From NCBI GenBank assembly GCA_958295675.1, contig OY282360.1:594026-658025 (forward strand): DNA of 64,000 nt. The letters are read 5' to 3'. The stretch comes from Minisyncoccota bacterium (GTDB lineage Bacteria > Patescibacteriota > Minisyncoccia > Phycocordibacterales > JABAAK01). The notes beneath the pieces were generated by a model. It was not told the origin of the DNA. It worked only from the letters and a program-made list of their open reading frames with translations, and made no database searches. Every line of letters begins with the position of its first letter. The first letter of the stretch is position 1. Position numbers and translations under genes: made by a program. Below, in pieces: positions 41,262-52,575 of the stretch.

Positions 41262-41464
41262 CGCTTTCTCCTTCGGTTAAATGGAAATGAACCTGACTCT
41301 ACAAATAAAGCCAGAACCAGTACACAAGATACCATAAACAATCAAAACACGCAACTATACAAGAAATATTGTTTAATATACTGTATATTAAACAATATTA
41401 TAACGAAAATATGCAGTATTTATAGGATAATTTTACTATTTTCCTGATTGACTACCTCAATGTG

Positions 41465-41779
41465 CTACCTCAAAAATTGATACTCAGCAAACTGTATGTG
41501 CTCCTTTTTATTCAACTGCTGATCCGACTGAGATAAGCGGGCAACAAAGGAAAAAAGGGTATAAATTGAGAATATAATAAAAATACCAAGAATAATGATG
41601 CTCAAATTCTTGAACATACCGCCCCGTTTTTCCGCGGCATCAGCATTGGCGACAAATCGAACTGCAGTCACAATCAGCAGCAACAAGGCAATGAATGCCA
41701 TAGCGGCAATGAGCGGATCTACGATATTGTTAAACAAACTGTTTGCAACACCGCTTGCTGTTACTGCATAGACAATCAT
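41465..41779 (-). CDS. VirB2/TrbC-like pilin
   Basis: Two hydrophobic helices with IILGIFIIFSIY. Confidence 0.7.
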   Translation of the reverse strand: MIVYAVTASGVANSLFNNIVDPLIAAMAFIALLLLIVTAVRFVANADAAEKRGGMFKNLSIIILGIFIIFSIYTLFSFVARLSQSDQQLNKKEHIQFAEYQFLR

Positions 41780-41835
41780 ACAGTAGTATAGTATACAAGA
41801 TTACAAAAAATAGAAAACAATTATGGTGTTTATGT

Positions 41836-42273
41836 CTACTTAGTAGTGTTTCCTTTTTGATTAAATGTTACACCAGGCACTTTAATCTCATTTATATTTG
41901 CATCAGTACCTGCACCAACACCAAAGATAGAACGCACAAATGTAATAAGACCCCATAGCGAAGTTATCACGACCATAGCAAGAACCCCCCACAACATATT
42001 TGCTTTTGCTTTTGCTTTTGCATCTTCATCACTCTTCAAAACAAACATTGCAAGATTAAAAAAGAAAAACAAAAAGGCAAGTGACACAACAACAATGGTT
42101 GATGTGCCGACAAGACCGCCGACAGCACCGACACTATCGGTAAGCTGATCCAAAGGATTCTCAGTATCAACCTTCGGCGTTTGAGCAAGAACACTTGTCA
42201 TGCCAAGAACCGCAGTAAGCCCAACGGCAAATAATAAAGTACTAACTGACTGAATAGATTGTGATAGTTTCAT
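41836..42273 (-). CDS. VirB2/TrbC-like pilin
   Basis: Signal peptide; AFLFFFFNLAMFV...KAKANMLWGVLAMVVITSLWGLI. Confidence 0.78.
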   Translation of the reverse strand: MKLSQSIQSVSTLLFAVGLTAVLGMTSVLAQTPKVDTENPLDQLTDSVGAVGGLVGTSTIVVVSLAFLFFFFNLAMFVLKSDEDAKAKAKANMLWGVLAMVVITSLWGLITFVRSIFGVGAGTDANINEIKVPGVTFNQKGNTTK

Positions 42274-42398
42274 ATACTATGGTAATAAAGTAAGTAATTA
42301 TTTTCTTTTCTCAGGTAATCGGATACTGTAAGAACACTGTTAGTATACTATTTCGCCATACACACAAAAAAATACTGTGGATAACTTCTGATTGTACT

Positions 42399-42779
42399 TT
42401 ATGCGGAAAAGAGGATGCGCAATACCGCTATAATTCCCCACAGCGTGAAAACCAGTAACAAAATAATGACCGGATACCACAACCGCTTCACTGCCAACTC
42501 AGCCATATTTTTACTGCCGCCATGCGTCTCTTTGATGTAGACAACGATACCATACACAAAAACCAAAAATAACACCGTTATCGCCAGTGGAATCAGCGTG
42601 CCGCCAACAACTTTGATAATCGTATCAACAAGTTCTCTCAACGATAGTTTTTTAAAAGGGAAAAAAGAGGAGTCAGCAGCATACGATACCAACGGCACAA
42701 CAAGCAGAACCGCAGAGGACACAACACCGACTAGCGGTGCCCATCTCCATGTCCATTGATTGCTTCCCATGCACTTCAT
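42399..42779 (-). CDS. VirB2/TrbC-like pilin
   Basis: Signal peptide; FLVFVYGIVVYI...RLWYPVIILLLVFTLWGII. Confidence 0.72.
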   Translation of the reverse strand: MKCMGSNQWTWRWAPLVGVVSSAVLLVVPLVSYAADSSFFPFKKLSLRELVDTIIKVVGGTLIPLAITVLFLVFVYGIVVYIKETHGGSKNMAELAVKRLWYPVIILLLVFTLWGIIAVLRILFSA

Positions 42780-43261
42780 ATAATGTTATGAGTACCGGAA
42801 GATACGCTGATGAGTGGATTATCGGGACCATTGTCATTATATAACGATGTCGCTTCGGGTTCGCTGTCCTTCAGCACCTGATTAACCGTGTTTTGTATTA
42901 CACTCAGAATGCCTTTTATGCCTAATACAATAAACAGACCGATAAAAGCAATGACAAGGGACCTTTTTAATTCAGCAAATTTTTCCGGCTTGGACGCACC
43001 TGCCAAGACCATCTGAAAACCAATATACACAATTGCAACCGTCATAATCGGTATAAGGATGAGTGTAACAGCATCTAATATGCGCAAGAGAAGTTCTGTC
43101 AAACTGTTAGATGTGATAGGGTTACATAAAATTTTTCCTGTTTCACATCCGGTTTCCGCAACAGCAGGTGTTTCCGCAACAGCAGGTATAGCGTAAAGCA
43201 TAAAAACAACCGAGGTTATACAAAGAACACAGTACGCGGTTAGCGATGATATGCGTTTCAT
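42776..43261 (-). CDS. VirB2/TrbC-like pilin
   Basis: LCNPI, AIVYIGFQMV...AFIGLFIVLG; 18-bp tandem duplication (PAVAET x2). Confidence 0.78.
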   Translation of the reverse strand: MKRISSLTAYCVLCITSVVFMLYAIPAVAETPAVAETGCETGKILCNPITSNSLTELLLRILDAVTLILIPIMTVAIVYIGFQMVLAGASKPEKFAELKRSLVIAFIGLFIVLGIKGILSVIQNTVNQVLKDSEPEATSLYNDNGPDNPLISVSSGTHNII

Positions 43262-43278
43262 ACATCATGCAGTATACA

Positions 43279-44541
43279 TCACCGAAACAGATTCAAGACA
43301 GTTTTTGCGCCGGTTTCCGCGGTCTGTGTTCCGACCACAACTCCCTGAAGAGTTTGCAACAGAGTTTCTAGTTCCTCTGAAGTCAAATACACACTTCTGC
43401 TTGAGAACAAGGAATCAATAAAAACTCGTTCAGTTGCTGTTGATTCATTGTCCGGATAGTACCATTTCACTGCCGGCGGCAGAGAGAACAGTTCGGAAAT
43501 ATCATTATCTTTATCATACAAAACACCGAGCATATCAAGCAATACCGCCAATGCCGCCTCCGGTGCCCTGCTCCGCTTCGGAACCGCGAACGCGTAGAGT
43601 GTTGACGGTGTTACTGCTATGCCATTCCGGTCAAATTGCGGCAACGGTGCGACCCGAACAGGAATATTCGGATTTGCGCGCTGCAGTTCATGAAATTCGC
43701 TGATATAGCCGGGATACAGAAAAAGGTTGCCGCCCGTGAACATATCACGAGCATCGGCATGCGCGACACTCCAGGTGTATACCGACGAACGGGGATGAGC
43801 GAAACTGGCATAAAACCTAAGAATGTCCCTCGCTGAACGCTCCGTCAAACCGATATCCGACTCCCGCACCTGCAGTATGAGCGCGGCAAAAAGATCCGCA
43901 GCATGGCGATAATTGCCATATGCGCCGAGCGGTATCAATGCCTGCGATGTATCACGGTACCGTTCGTTAACCTTCAAAAACGAACCGGCTGACAACTGTG
44001 ACCACTCGGTCGGCAATGCGCGAATACCGTTCCGCAATCGCATATTCTCATTGTAATAAAGCACCATCGCATCCGAGAAAAACGGTATGGCAACATAACC
44101 GTCATTGGGACGAATAAACAAATTTGCCGGCTGAATAAAGGTTTGCTCGTACCGCGCTAAGGGAAAGTAAGAAAACGGAACGGTCTGCAAGGTATCCTCA
44201 AGAGCAAAAATTGTATGGTGGTCAATGAGGAGCAGATCCGGCTGTCTGCCGACCGCGATTGCTCCTATGTACTCATCCTGTATGGTATCAGGATTCTTTT
44301 CAACATATCTGACATTCCCGTACAGCCGATCAGAAAAATTGCTTAAACGCCGAGCAATCGGAGCTATCTCACGAATATCAATGGTACCCCACACTAAAAT
44401 ATCCACCGTCTGAGTCCGTGTGGATTGATCATCTGCTGCTCTTTTTTTTAAAAAACCGTATGCCGCCAAACTCCCGAATCCGACAAGAATAAACACACCG
44501 AAAACAACATACAGTATGAGTTGAAAACTTTTTGCCTCCAT
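43279..44541 (-). CDS. Extracellular solute-binding protein (family 1-like)
   Basis: N-terminal anchor; LVWG, PDLL, AIPFFSDAMVLYYN and VAPLPQ motifs. Confidence 0.8.
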   Translation of the reverse strand: MEAKSFQLILYVVFGVFILVGFGSLAAYGFLKKRAADDQSTRTQTVDILVWGTIDIREIAPIARRLSNFSDRLYGNVRYVEKNPDTIQDEYIGAIAVGRQPDLLLIDHHTIFALEDTLQTVPFSYFPLARYEQTFIQPANLFIRPNDGYVAIPFFSDAMVLYYNENMRLRNGIRALPTEWSQLSAGSFLKVNERYRDTSQALIPLGAYGNYRHAADLFAALILQVRESDIGLTERSARDILRFYASFAHPRSSVYTWSVAHADARDMFTGGNLFLYPGYISEFHELQRANPNIPVRVAPLPQFDRNGIAVTPSTLYAFAVPKRSRAPEAALAVLLDMLGVLYDKDNDISELFSLPPAVKWYYPDNESTATERVFIDSLFSSRSVYLTSEELETLLQTLQGVVVGTQTAETGAKTVLNLFR

Positions 44542-44554
44542 AGAACTTGCGCCC

Positions 44555-46993
44555 CTACATGTGGGTGCTTGCAGTCAGTATATCATCTCCTTTCAGCTTC
44601 ATCACCGAAACTCCCTGCGTTTGCCGCCCGAGCTGCGAAATCTCGGCAACACCCATGCGCACCATCTGGCCGTTCTTTGACATGGTAATAATCTCGCTCT
44701 CAGTATCACTCAGAATATGCGCGCCGACCAGCCGCCCCGTCCTCGCCGTAACCGAAGCGGCTTTTACGCCAGCTCCGCCGCGTTTTTGCACTTTAAACGC
44801 ACTGATACCGGTCTGCTTTCCATACCCTTTCTCACTGAGTGTGAGCAGGCGGGCGGTCGTCCGCAGATGCTCCTCAACAACGAGCGCACCGATAACGGCG
44901 TCGTCCTTGCCAAGCCGAATGCCGCGCACACCTCGTGCCGTCCGTCCGGAGGGACGCACATCCTTTGCGGCAAAACGAATTGCCTTACCCTCTCTGGTGG
45001 CGATTACAATAGTGTCATTATTGGTGCAAAACATGGTATCCACCAACTGATCATCCTTCTCAAGCGTTACAGCGATGAGACCGGTTTTTCGTATGTTCTT
45101 AAACTGATCAGTCGCGACTTTTTTAACCGTTCCGTGTTTGGTCACAAAAAATAAGTATGTATTCTTTGCCGCATCTGTAGCGACAGGCACAACAGAAGTA
45201 ACTCGCTCATCGCCGTCCATTGAAATGAAATTCACCAGCGCGCGTCCTTTGCCGGTCCGTTTTGCCTCGGGTATCTCATATGCTTTCAGTTGATACACCT
45301 TACCCTTGTTTGTCAGAAAATAAAGTGTGTCATGAGAACTGGCACTTATAGAAATATTGGTAAAATCTTCTTCTTTCAGCTCCGCGCCTTTCGTGCCGAC
45401 GCCGCCGCGCCGTTGCCGTTTATATTCATCATGCGTGGTGCGTTTCACATACCCGCCGTCGGTAACCATCACAATACTCTGCTTTTCCGGAATGAGATCC
45501 TCATCGGCGACCGAATTCTGCCCCTGACTGACAATTTTGGTGCGGCGGTCATCCCCAAAGAGTTTCTGCGCTTCTTCTATTCCCTTTTTTACCTCATCAT
45601 CTATCTTCTTTTTGCTTTTCAGCACACCTTCCAACCGTTCAATTGTTTTTTTCAGTTCGGCAAGTTCATCCTCCACCTTCTGTCGTTCAAGACCCGCAAG
45701 CTTTGACAGCCGCATTTCAAGAATAGCATTCGCCTGCACCTCTGAAAATTTAAACTCTTTCATCAGCGCTTTGCGCGCGTCGCTCACTTCCCGCGATTTC
45801 CTGATAAGTGCGATAATTGTATCTATATGATCAAGTGCTTTCTTCAATCCTTCAACGATATGCGCCCGTTCCATAGCTCTTCCGAGATCAAATTTAGTTG
45901 CCCGCTCAATAATAACGCGGCGATGGTCAATATACGCCTGTAGCAACTGATGCAGAGTCAGTGTCTGCGGCACACCATCAAGCAGTCCGACTAAATTATA
46001 ATGATAGGTCTCCTCAAGCTGTGTATGCTTATACAGCACATTCTGCACCCGTTGCGGCTGCGCGGCCGGCTTCAGATCAACAACCACACGGATGTCATCA
46101 GTTGACTCATCCCGCAGGTCTTTTATCCCTTCTAACTTTTTGTTCCGCACCAGCTCGCCTATCTTCTCAATTAAACGCGCCTTATTCACCCGGTACGGCA
46201 TGGAACTGATGATTAAACTAACGCCTTTCTTATCTTCAACAATTTCTACCTCACCCCGCACGACCACACCGCCTTTACCGGTCATGTAGGCCTGTGCAAT
46301 CGCCTTTTTGTCATACGCAATACCGCCTAACGGGAAATCAGGACCCTTGATGAACTGAAGTAAATCCTCAGTGGTCGCGTCAGGGTTCTCTATCAAATGT
46401 CGCAATGCTCCGGCAATCTCATTCAAGTTATGCGGCGGGATGTCGGTCGCCATGCCGACAGCAATACCGAGCGTGCCGTTCAGCAGCAGATTGGGCAGCT
46501 TCGCCGGCAGCACTGTCGGTTCCTTCAGTGTATTTTCATAGTTCGGTATAAATTCAACGGTTTCTTTATCAATATCCTCAAGCATTTTTTCAGCAATACT
46601 GGACATCTTTGCTTCAGTATACCGGGGTGCAGCGGGCGGATCGCCGTCAATGGAACCGAAATTTCCCTGTCCCGTGATAAGCGGGTACCGGGTGAAAAAC
46701 TCCTGACTCATCCTCGCCATCGCTTCATACACCGACTGATCGCCGTGCGGATGATATTTACCGAGTGTTTCACCGACCACGGTTGATGATTTTCTTGTTT
46801 TTGCCGACGGACGGAGACCCATGCCTAGCATTGCGTACAGAATACGCCGCTGCACCGGTTTAAGTCCGTCACGCACATCAGGAAGCGCGCGTGAAGTAAT
46901 AACTGACATCGCATAATCTAAATACGCGCTCCGCATCTCCTCGGTGATGTCTTTATGCACAATACTTGAACCGTCACTGATAGTTTCAGCCAT
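44555..46993 (-). CDS. gyrA: DNA gyrase subunit A
   Basis: [22 protein letters not shown] and AAPRYTE motifs; GyrA box QRRGGVG. Confidence 0.98.
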   Translation of the reverse strand: MAETISDGSSIVHKDITEEMRSAYLDYAMSVITSRALPDVRDGLKPVQRRILYAMLGMGLRPSAKTRKSSTVVGETLGKYHPHGDQSVYEAMARMSQEFFTRYPLITGQGNFGSIDGDPPAAPRYTEAKMSSIAEKMLEDIDKETVEFIPNYENTLKEPTVLPAKLPNLLLNGTLGIAVGMATDIPPHNLNEIAGALRHLIENPDATTEDLLQFIKGPDFPLGGIAYDKKAIAQAYMTGKGGVVVRGEVEIVEDKKGVSLIISSMPYRVNKARLIEKIGELVRNKKLEGIKDLRDESTDDIRVVVDLKPAAQPQRVQNVLYKHTQLEETYHYNLVGLLDGVPQTLTLHQLLQAYIDHRRVIIERATKFDLGRAMERAHIVEGLKKALDHIDTIIALIRKSREVSDARKALMKEFKFSEVQANAILEMRLSKLAGLERQKVEDELAELKKTIERLEGVLKSKKKIDDEVKKGIEEAQKLFGDDRRTKIVSQGQNSVADEDLIPEKQSIVMVTDGGYVKRTTHDEYKRQRRGGVGTKGAELKEEDFTNISISASSHDTLYFLTNKGKVYQLKAYEIPEAKRTGKGRALVNFISMDGDERVTSVVPVATDAAKNTYLFFVTKHGTVKKVATDQFKNIRKTGLIAVTLEKDDQLVDTMFCTNNDTIVIATREGKAIRFAAKDVRPSGRTARGVRGIRLGKDDAVIGALVVEEHLRTTARLLTLSEKGYGKQTGISAFKVQKRGGAGVKAASVTARTGRLVGAHILSDTESEIITMSKNGQMVRMGVAEISQLGRQTQGVSVMKLKGDDILTASTHM

Positions 46994-47085
46994 ATAATCC
47001 GCAGTATAACATACAACAAAGACACAAAAAGATATGGTGATAAAAAAACGCATCCGCTGTTCGCGAATGCGTAAGTGCTGACACA

Positions 47086-47739
47086 TCACGGTACGACATA
47101 CCGATTAAGTATCTCCGTGGCAACATCAAGTGAGGACCGCACCGCACCGGTGCTGTCAAGCATGTTCATCATGACGACAGGTGCCGGATCCATAAAGTCG
47201 CAGACACACAACATACTGTATCCGCGCACCACCGCATCAAGATCATACTCAAAACCGCTGCGCGCATCGCGCCTGTCAATGCGGGAATTGAGCACATCAA
47301 GCGGCATACCGCAAAGAACGATATACCGTGGCAACAAACCGTACTTTCGGATCAGAACACGCTGCTCCCGCTGAATCAGGTCAATAACCGCGTCATTGCG
47401 TTCTCGTTTTGAGTACCGCAAGTACTGATACACCAGTGTGGAGATTAAAAAACGATCAAGAATAACCGTTTTTTGTTCTCGCAACGCAGGGACAATGATT
47501 TCCTCAGCGGAAAGCGCAAAGTCGGCACAAAAGAGGTGCGTGAGAGCGTATGGATCGGTGTCAGTGCTGTCAAGAATGATGTCACGCAGTCGCTGACCTG
47601 TACCGGTCGCGCCCGGCGCGCGGACACAAACCGCTTCCAAACCCATGTCACGCATCATTTCCGACAACTCTCTAACAACAGTTGTTTTTCCAATTCCGTC
47701 GGGACCTTCAATCGCCAAAACATTTCTGTTTTCAGTCAT
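47086..47739 (-). CDS. tmk: Thymidylate kinase
   Basis: [11 protein letters not shown] and [14 protein letters not shown] motifs. Confidence 0.9.
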   Translation of the reverse strand: MTENRNVLAIEGPDGIGKTTVVRELSEMMRDMGLEAVCVRAPGATGTGQRLRDIILDSTDTDPYALTHLFCADFALSAEEIIVPALREQKTVILDRFLISTLVYQYLRYSKRERNDAVIDLIQREQRVLIRKYGLLPRYIVLCGMPLDVLNSRIDRRDARSGFEYDLDAVVRGYSMLCVCDFMDPAPVVMMNMLDSTGAVRSSLDVATEILNRYVVP

Positions 47740-48006
47740 GGTTCGTTTCCTCCGCTAAAAGCGTCAAACCTAATACACTATAGCAAAAAATATTGAAAAC
47801 AAAAAATGCTTTAAAATAAAGGTAAAATTAGCTTTTTTAAACTCGTTAGTATATCCACAGGAAAGCGATCGGGACCCAGACAGTGCACACCACAACGGTG
47901 ATAATAACCGCCCGTCGTCGATTTCGGTCATTTTTCTCTTTCTGTTGTTTTAAAAATTCTTCAGAATCCATATATCAGATAGTATAAAATATAGAAAAGA
48001 GCGCAT

Positions 48007-48624
48007 CTAATCCAGCACAACCACTCTGGATTGTCCTTCAAGAAGGTCTTTCTTTTTAACCGCACACTGTCCTGTCACTGCATCTGCGCCACCGAGCTCT
48101 TTCGCGATTTTTTTCTTTAAGTCCTCATCGGTACCGATAAGTACCGTCAACCGCACCTGCAAAGACGCGGCGACACCGGCTATTGATGCGGCATCCAAGC
48201 GTCTGTCTTTTGTGCTGTTGCACAGCAGAATAAGTACATCGGCATCACCGACCTCGGATGCGACATGTTGCGCATCTTTTTTCTCAGCAAGGTCGCCGAG
48301 AACCGACACACGCACACCGTCACCCTCAATGCACCATGATGTCGTCTGTAGTTCATTCCCCTGCACCATCGTGCTTGAACTGTATCCGCGCGCAAAAAGT
48401 CCGTTCTTTTCAAATTCTCCCGCTCCGCTGAACACTTTCTGCCCCTCCTCCTGCGCGGTAAAAACAGTTTCCCAATCCTTGACAGGAACAGGATAAGTGG
48501 TGAGTATAACATCCGGTACCGGCACTTTCCTGTTTCCCGAAGGAGATTCGGGAAAATTAACCGCGACTACGCCCTCCGAAAATTTGAGAGCGGTTCCAGT
48601 ATCCGATATACGATATATCTCCAT
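48007..48624 (-). CDS. Metallo-beta-lactamase-fold protein, degenerate
   Basis: FSGAGEFEKNG, VSVLGDL and DADVLIL match the fold, but HxHxDH is absent. Confidence 0.6.
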   Translation of the reverse strand: MEIYRISDTGTALKFSEGVVAVNFPESPSGNRKVPVPDVILTTYPVPVKDWETVFTAQEEGQKVFSGAGEFEKNGLFARGYSSSTMVQGNELQTTSWCIEGDGVRVSVLGDLAEKKDAQHVASEVGDADVLILLCNSTKDRRLDAASIAGVAASLQVRLTVLIGTDEDLKKKIAKELGGADAVTGQCAVKKKDLLEGQSRVVVLD

Positions 48625-48754
48625 GTTATAGAGCAGTGTAGCATATATGGTATGGGTATTGTATACTGAATTGTGTATGTACTGCACAATGCAAAAGAAA
48701 ACATCACTACATAAAGAGCCGATTAATAGTGCAACCATACCGCCCATTATTACT

Positions 48755-49831
48755 ATGACAACTATGACAAACACAGATACGGAAACCCTTTACACCACCG
48801 GCGATATCGTTGAAGGAAAAATTATTGCTGTTGATCGTTCAACGGTATACATAGATTTATCCCCCGTCGGCACCGGCATTATCTACGGAAGAGAGTTCAC
48901 TCTCGCGAAAGATGTGCTGAGAAAGGTAAAAGTCGGCGATACTATTTCCGCAAAAATCATTGATTTAGAAACTCCGGACGGTTATATTGATCTTTCACTC
49001 AAAGAAGCAAGGAAAATATATATATGGAGTGAAGCGGAAGAAGCGATGCGCGATAACAGGGTGTACAAGGTAATTATCAAAAACGCTAACAGGGGCGGCT
49101 TGGTGATTGATTGGAATGGTGTGCGTGGATTTCTGCCGGCATCACAACTCGCCGAAGAACATCATCCAAAAGTGCTGAACGGCGACAAGGATACCGTCCT
49201 CAATGAATTACGGAAATGTATAGGCAAGGAGTTATCTGTGGTTATAGAAAATACCGATCAGGAGAATGACACGCTTATTTTCTCAGAATACAAGGACAAA
49301 GACAGCAAAACGGAGAAAGGTGAAGGCGGCGGAGCTCCGGCATATAATGTGGGCGATGTGAAAAGCGGTATTGTAACCGGTGTGGTTGATTTCGGCGTGT
49401 TTGTTACTATTGACAATGAAATTGAAGGACTCGTGCATATATCCGAGATGGACTGGGGTCTCGTGGATGATCCGAGAAAATTCTACAGTATCGGCAATCA
49501 GGTTCAGGTAAAGATTATTGAAATTGAGGGTGATAAGTACTCATTTTCATTCAAGGAACTGCATAAAAACCCGTGGGAAGACATTACGGATCGCCATAAA
49601 GTCGGCGACACCGCATCAGGAGTTATCATTAAATACGGTCCGTTCGGCGCTTTCGCATCCATTGAAGCCGGTGTGTCGGGTCTCATACATATTTCAAGCT
49701 TCAAGGACGCGGAGGATCTGCGCAATACGCTTGAAATCGGCAAAACATACGAATTTGTTATCACTAATCTTGAACCGAAAAACCAAAAACTTACGCTCGT
49801 ACCGAAAGATCGGTATAACAAAAAGCAGTAA
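48755..49831 (+). CDS. rpsA: 30S ribosomal protein S1 (four S1 domains)
   Basis: GFLPASQL, FGVFV..EGLVHISE and FGAF..GLIHIS motifs. Confidence 0.92.
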   Translation: MTTMTNTDTETLYTTGDIVEGKIIAVDRSTVYIDLSPVGTGIIYGREFTLAKDVLRKVKVGDTISAKIIDLETPDGYIDLSLKEARKIYIWSEAEEAMRDNRVYKVIIKNANRGGLVIDWNGVRGFLPASQLAEEHHPKVLNGDKDTVLNELRKCIGKELSVVIENTDQENDTLIFSEYKDKDSKTEKGEGGGAPAYNVGDVKSGIVTGVVDFGVFVTIDNEIEGLVHISEMDWGLVDDPRKFYSIGNQVQVKIIEIEGDKYSFSFKELHKNPWEDITDRHKVGDTASGVIIKYGPFGAFASIEAGVSGLIHISSFKDAEDLRNTLEIGKTYEFVITNLEPKNQKLTLVPKDRYNKKQ

Positions 49832-49833
49832 TG

Positions 49834-50364
49834 TTACCGCACCGTGCCGCCATTTTTCCGGAATAATTGAATGAGTATATCCGGCAGAGAATCCTGAAGT
49901 GTCTGAGCGATGGTGTGCATGTCATCAGCCGGTAGACGGGCGAGCACATGCTGTTTGATACTGCCTCGTTTTCCGACACCAATGCGCAGACGAAAAAAAT
50001 CTTTCGTGCCGAGGACTTCAATAATAGATTCAACGCCGTGATGTCCGCCGGCACTTTTCCCTTCGGACAAACGAATAGTGCCGACATCAAAATCAACTTC
50101 ATCGTGTACTACAACAAGCCGGGACGGTTCAAGTTCACTGAGCACAGAACGCATATCCTGTCCCGTTTCGTTCATAAAACCGTCACTCACGCCGCAGGTA
50201 ACTATATGCGGACCGAGAAGCAGAACGGAAATCTTTCCGTTACTAACCTCCCGCCATAGACAGCCCGCCTGCTTTACAAGTCCTTCCACAAGATCCTTGC
50301 CGACATTATGACGCGTGCCTTCATAACCGGTTGGATTGCCGAGTCCGAGAAAAAAGTACTCCAT
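49834..50364 (-). CDS. pth: Peptidyl-tRNA hydrolase
   Basis: GLGNP, TRHNVG, FMNETG, VVHDE, GGHHG and RLRIGVG motifs. Confidence 0.95.
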   Translation of the reverse strand: MEYFFLGLGNPTGYEGTRHNVGKDLVEGLVKQAGCLWREVSNGKISVLLLGPHIVTCGVSDGFMNETGQDMRSVLSELEPSRLVVVHDEVDFDVGTIRLSEGKSAGGHHGVESIIEVLGTKDFFRLRIGVGKRGSIKQHVLARLPADDMHTIAQTLQDSLPDILIQLFRKNGGTVR

Positions 50365-50413
50365 ACAAATGCTATAGTAGCAGAAAATAAGTGTGCTACA
50401 CTGAAAAAACGAT

Positions 50414-51019
50414 ATGAAAAAAGAGGAAAACGCGAATACAGAACAGAATGCACAGGGAAATGTTGTGATTGTCGCGGGTATACTCTGCGGACTCCTTGTT
50501 TGGTTTTTCGGATTCCGACCGTTTTTGGTGGACGGAGCATCTATGTACCCGTCATTTAACACCGCCATTGCTGAAGAAACAAAGGATAATATTCCTATTA
50601 TTAAAGGCGATTATCTCATCATTGATATATTCTCTTACCTCTTCCGCAAAGACCCGGAACGATTTGATGTAGTCGTGTTCAGAAGTCCTATAGAGCCGAA
50701 ACGGTACCTGCTGAAACGCATCATCGGACTGCCGAATGAGCAAGTGCATCTTTCCGGAAGCAATATTACAATAACAAAAGCGGACGAAACAACGCTGGCA
50801 CTTAATGAACCGTACATCAATCAAGAAGAAATTATAGTGTATAAGAAACAGACGGTAGCACTGGGCAAGAATCAGTATTTCCTGCTGGGTGACAACAGGA
50901 CAAACAGTTTAGATTCGCGTGTGTGGGGAAGTTTAGAAAAAGATAACATCATCGGCAAAGTCATCTTGCGTCTCTATCCGTTCAGTGAAGCAGGCACATA
51001 TCCGGGTGAGTACAAATAA
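50414..51019 (+). CDS. lepB: Signal peptidase I
   Basis: GASMYP, LKRIIGLP and GDNRTNSLDSR motifs. Confidence 0.95.
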   Translation: MKKEENANTEQNAQGNVVIVAGILCGLLVWFFGFRPFLVDGASMYPSFNTAIAEETKDNIPIIKGDYLIIDIFSYLFRKDPERFDVVVFRSPIEPKRYLLKRIIGLPNEQVHLSGSNITITKADETTLALNEPYINQEEIIVYKKQTVALGKNQYFLLGDNRTNSLDSRVWGSLEKDNIIGKVILRLYPFSEAGTYPGEYK

Positions 51020-51085
51020 CATATTACACAATCATACTACATAACATTGACAGCAGCCCATTACCCGACTATTATTTGAGTGTAT

Positions 51086-52261
51086 ATGAGCTTTTCAGAA
51101 ATAACATCAGAAAAATTTTTTGATCGGGCATACAAAACGGCACAAGCATACGGTTTCGTTCCGGCAAATGCTCTCATTGCCGAATACAAGGGGAGCAAAA
51201 GAAAAAAAATAACAACATACAAAAAAACAGATAACAGAAATCTGCAACATCTATCAACACTGCTTCAATTTATTTTTGAGCGGCAGATTAACGCGGTTGA
51301 TAATCCGCTGTATATCTTTCACAGCAATATTGATTCAGAGACAAAGTCAGCAGTAACAAACTCAAAAAAACCGGACAAAACATACTGCACGCTTTCCGTG
51401 ATAGGAATACCGGAACCGTATGCTGAAGCGATCATTCTCTCCTGCGCGCACCGTATTTTTAAATCGCTCAAATCAAAACAGAATATAATCCGCATTAATT
51501 CAATGGGGACGCGCGAAGATTCAAAGGAATATTTCTCCCGATTAGGGAAAACACTGAGAAAAGTGAAAAAAAACATACGGCCGGAATGTAAAAGAATGCT
51601 TGATCGCAACCAATTGGTGGACGCGCACGCGCTGCTGCACGACGAAGACCACGCCGGTGTTTCCGAATACATCACACCGACACTGCGATTGCTTTCGGAC
51701 GGTGCCAGAATACATTTTGAAAAAGTCATAGAGTACCTGGAAGCGCATGAATTACCGTATGAATTCGCGCCGGACCTGGTTGAACTCACTCAGCACGGTA
51801 TTCACACCATCTTTGAGGTGAGCACAGAGGACTCGCCGCTGCATGCTCACGGCGGTCGCTATGACACACTTCCCTTTCTTATGTACCGCCGCAGGGTGCC
51901 GGTCGCTTCAATCACCATAACACTGCCGGAAAAAACAACCGGAACATATATAGCAAATAAAAGAAACAGAAAGCCGAAAGCGTTTTTCGTTCATGCGGGA
52001 GACAAGGCGCGTCTGCGCGCGCTGCGGGTGCTTTCACAACTCTGTGATTCAAATATTCCGGTCGCGCACCGCCTTCATTGCAAAAAAGTATCCGAACAAC
52101 TGAACGAAGAGGCGATGAAGTACCCGTGTACTATTATCTTCGGACAGGAAGAAGCAGAAAATAATACAATCTGCATACGAAAAACAGATACGCGTGTGTC
52201 AAAAACAATGTGTCTTGATGAATGCACTCTTGAGGACATTAAGAGTTTTCTGCGTAAATAA
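51086..52261 (+). CDS. Histidyl-tRNA synthetase-like paralogue (degenerate catalytic core)
   Basis: AYGF, GGRYD and a C-terminal anticodon-binding domain are present; motif 2 (FRxERP..GR) is not recognisable. Confidence 0.7.
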   Translation: MSFSEITSEKFFDRAYKTAQAYGFVPANALIAEYKGSKRKKITTYKKTDNRNLQHLSTLLQFIFERQINAVDNPLYIFHSNIDSETKSAVTNSKKPDKTYCTLSVIGIPEPYAEAIILSCAHRIFKSLKSKQNIIRINSMGTREDSKEYFSRLGKTLRKVKKNIRPECKRMLDRNQLVDAHALLHDEDHAGVSEYITPTLRLLSDGARIHFEKVIEYLEAHELPYEFAPDLVELTQHGIHTIFEVSTEDSPLHAHGGRYDTLPFLMYRRRVPVASITITLPEKTTGTYIANKRNRKPKAFFVHAGDKARLRALRVLSQLCDSNIPVAHRLHCKKVSEQLNEEAMKYPCTIIFGQEEAENNTICIRKTDTRVSKTMCLDECTLEDIKSFLRK

Positions 52262-52323
52262 AAAACATACATACACAGCTGTTATTGCAACCGCGCCCTT
52301 TTGCTGATATACTACCCTGCATT

Positions 52324-52575
52324 ATGACAGACACTGTAATTATGGTAAAAAAACAGGACGAAAACGCGCCGTCGCTTTACAGACGGTTCGTAAAACATTT
52401 TCGTTCATCAGGTATACAGACATCAGTGAAACGGAACAAATTCCATGATCGCAAACCGTCAAAAAATGTCAGGAGAAAGGACTGCATCAACCGTCTGGAA
52501 CAGAGAAAGAAGTATGAGGAAGCATATCGCCTCGGAAAGATACAATCTCCCCACAAACACAAAAACCGTGGCTAA
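52324..52575 (+). CDS. rpsU: 30S ribosomal protein S21
   Basis: VKKQDENAPSLYRRF..SGI..KPS; basic small protein. Confidence 0.8.
   Translation: MTDTVIMVKKQDENAPSLYRRFVKHFRSSGIQTSVKRNKFHDRKPSKNVRRKDCINRLEQRKKYEEAYRLGKIQSPHKHKNRG

Noticed and set aside
40668-41447. 259-aa plus-strand ORF
   Set aside because: Antisense shadow of the GC-rich repeat protein, which has the SD and terminator.
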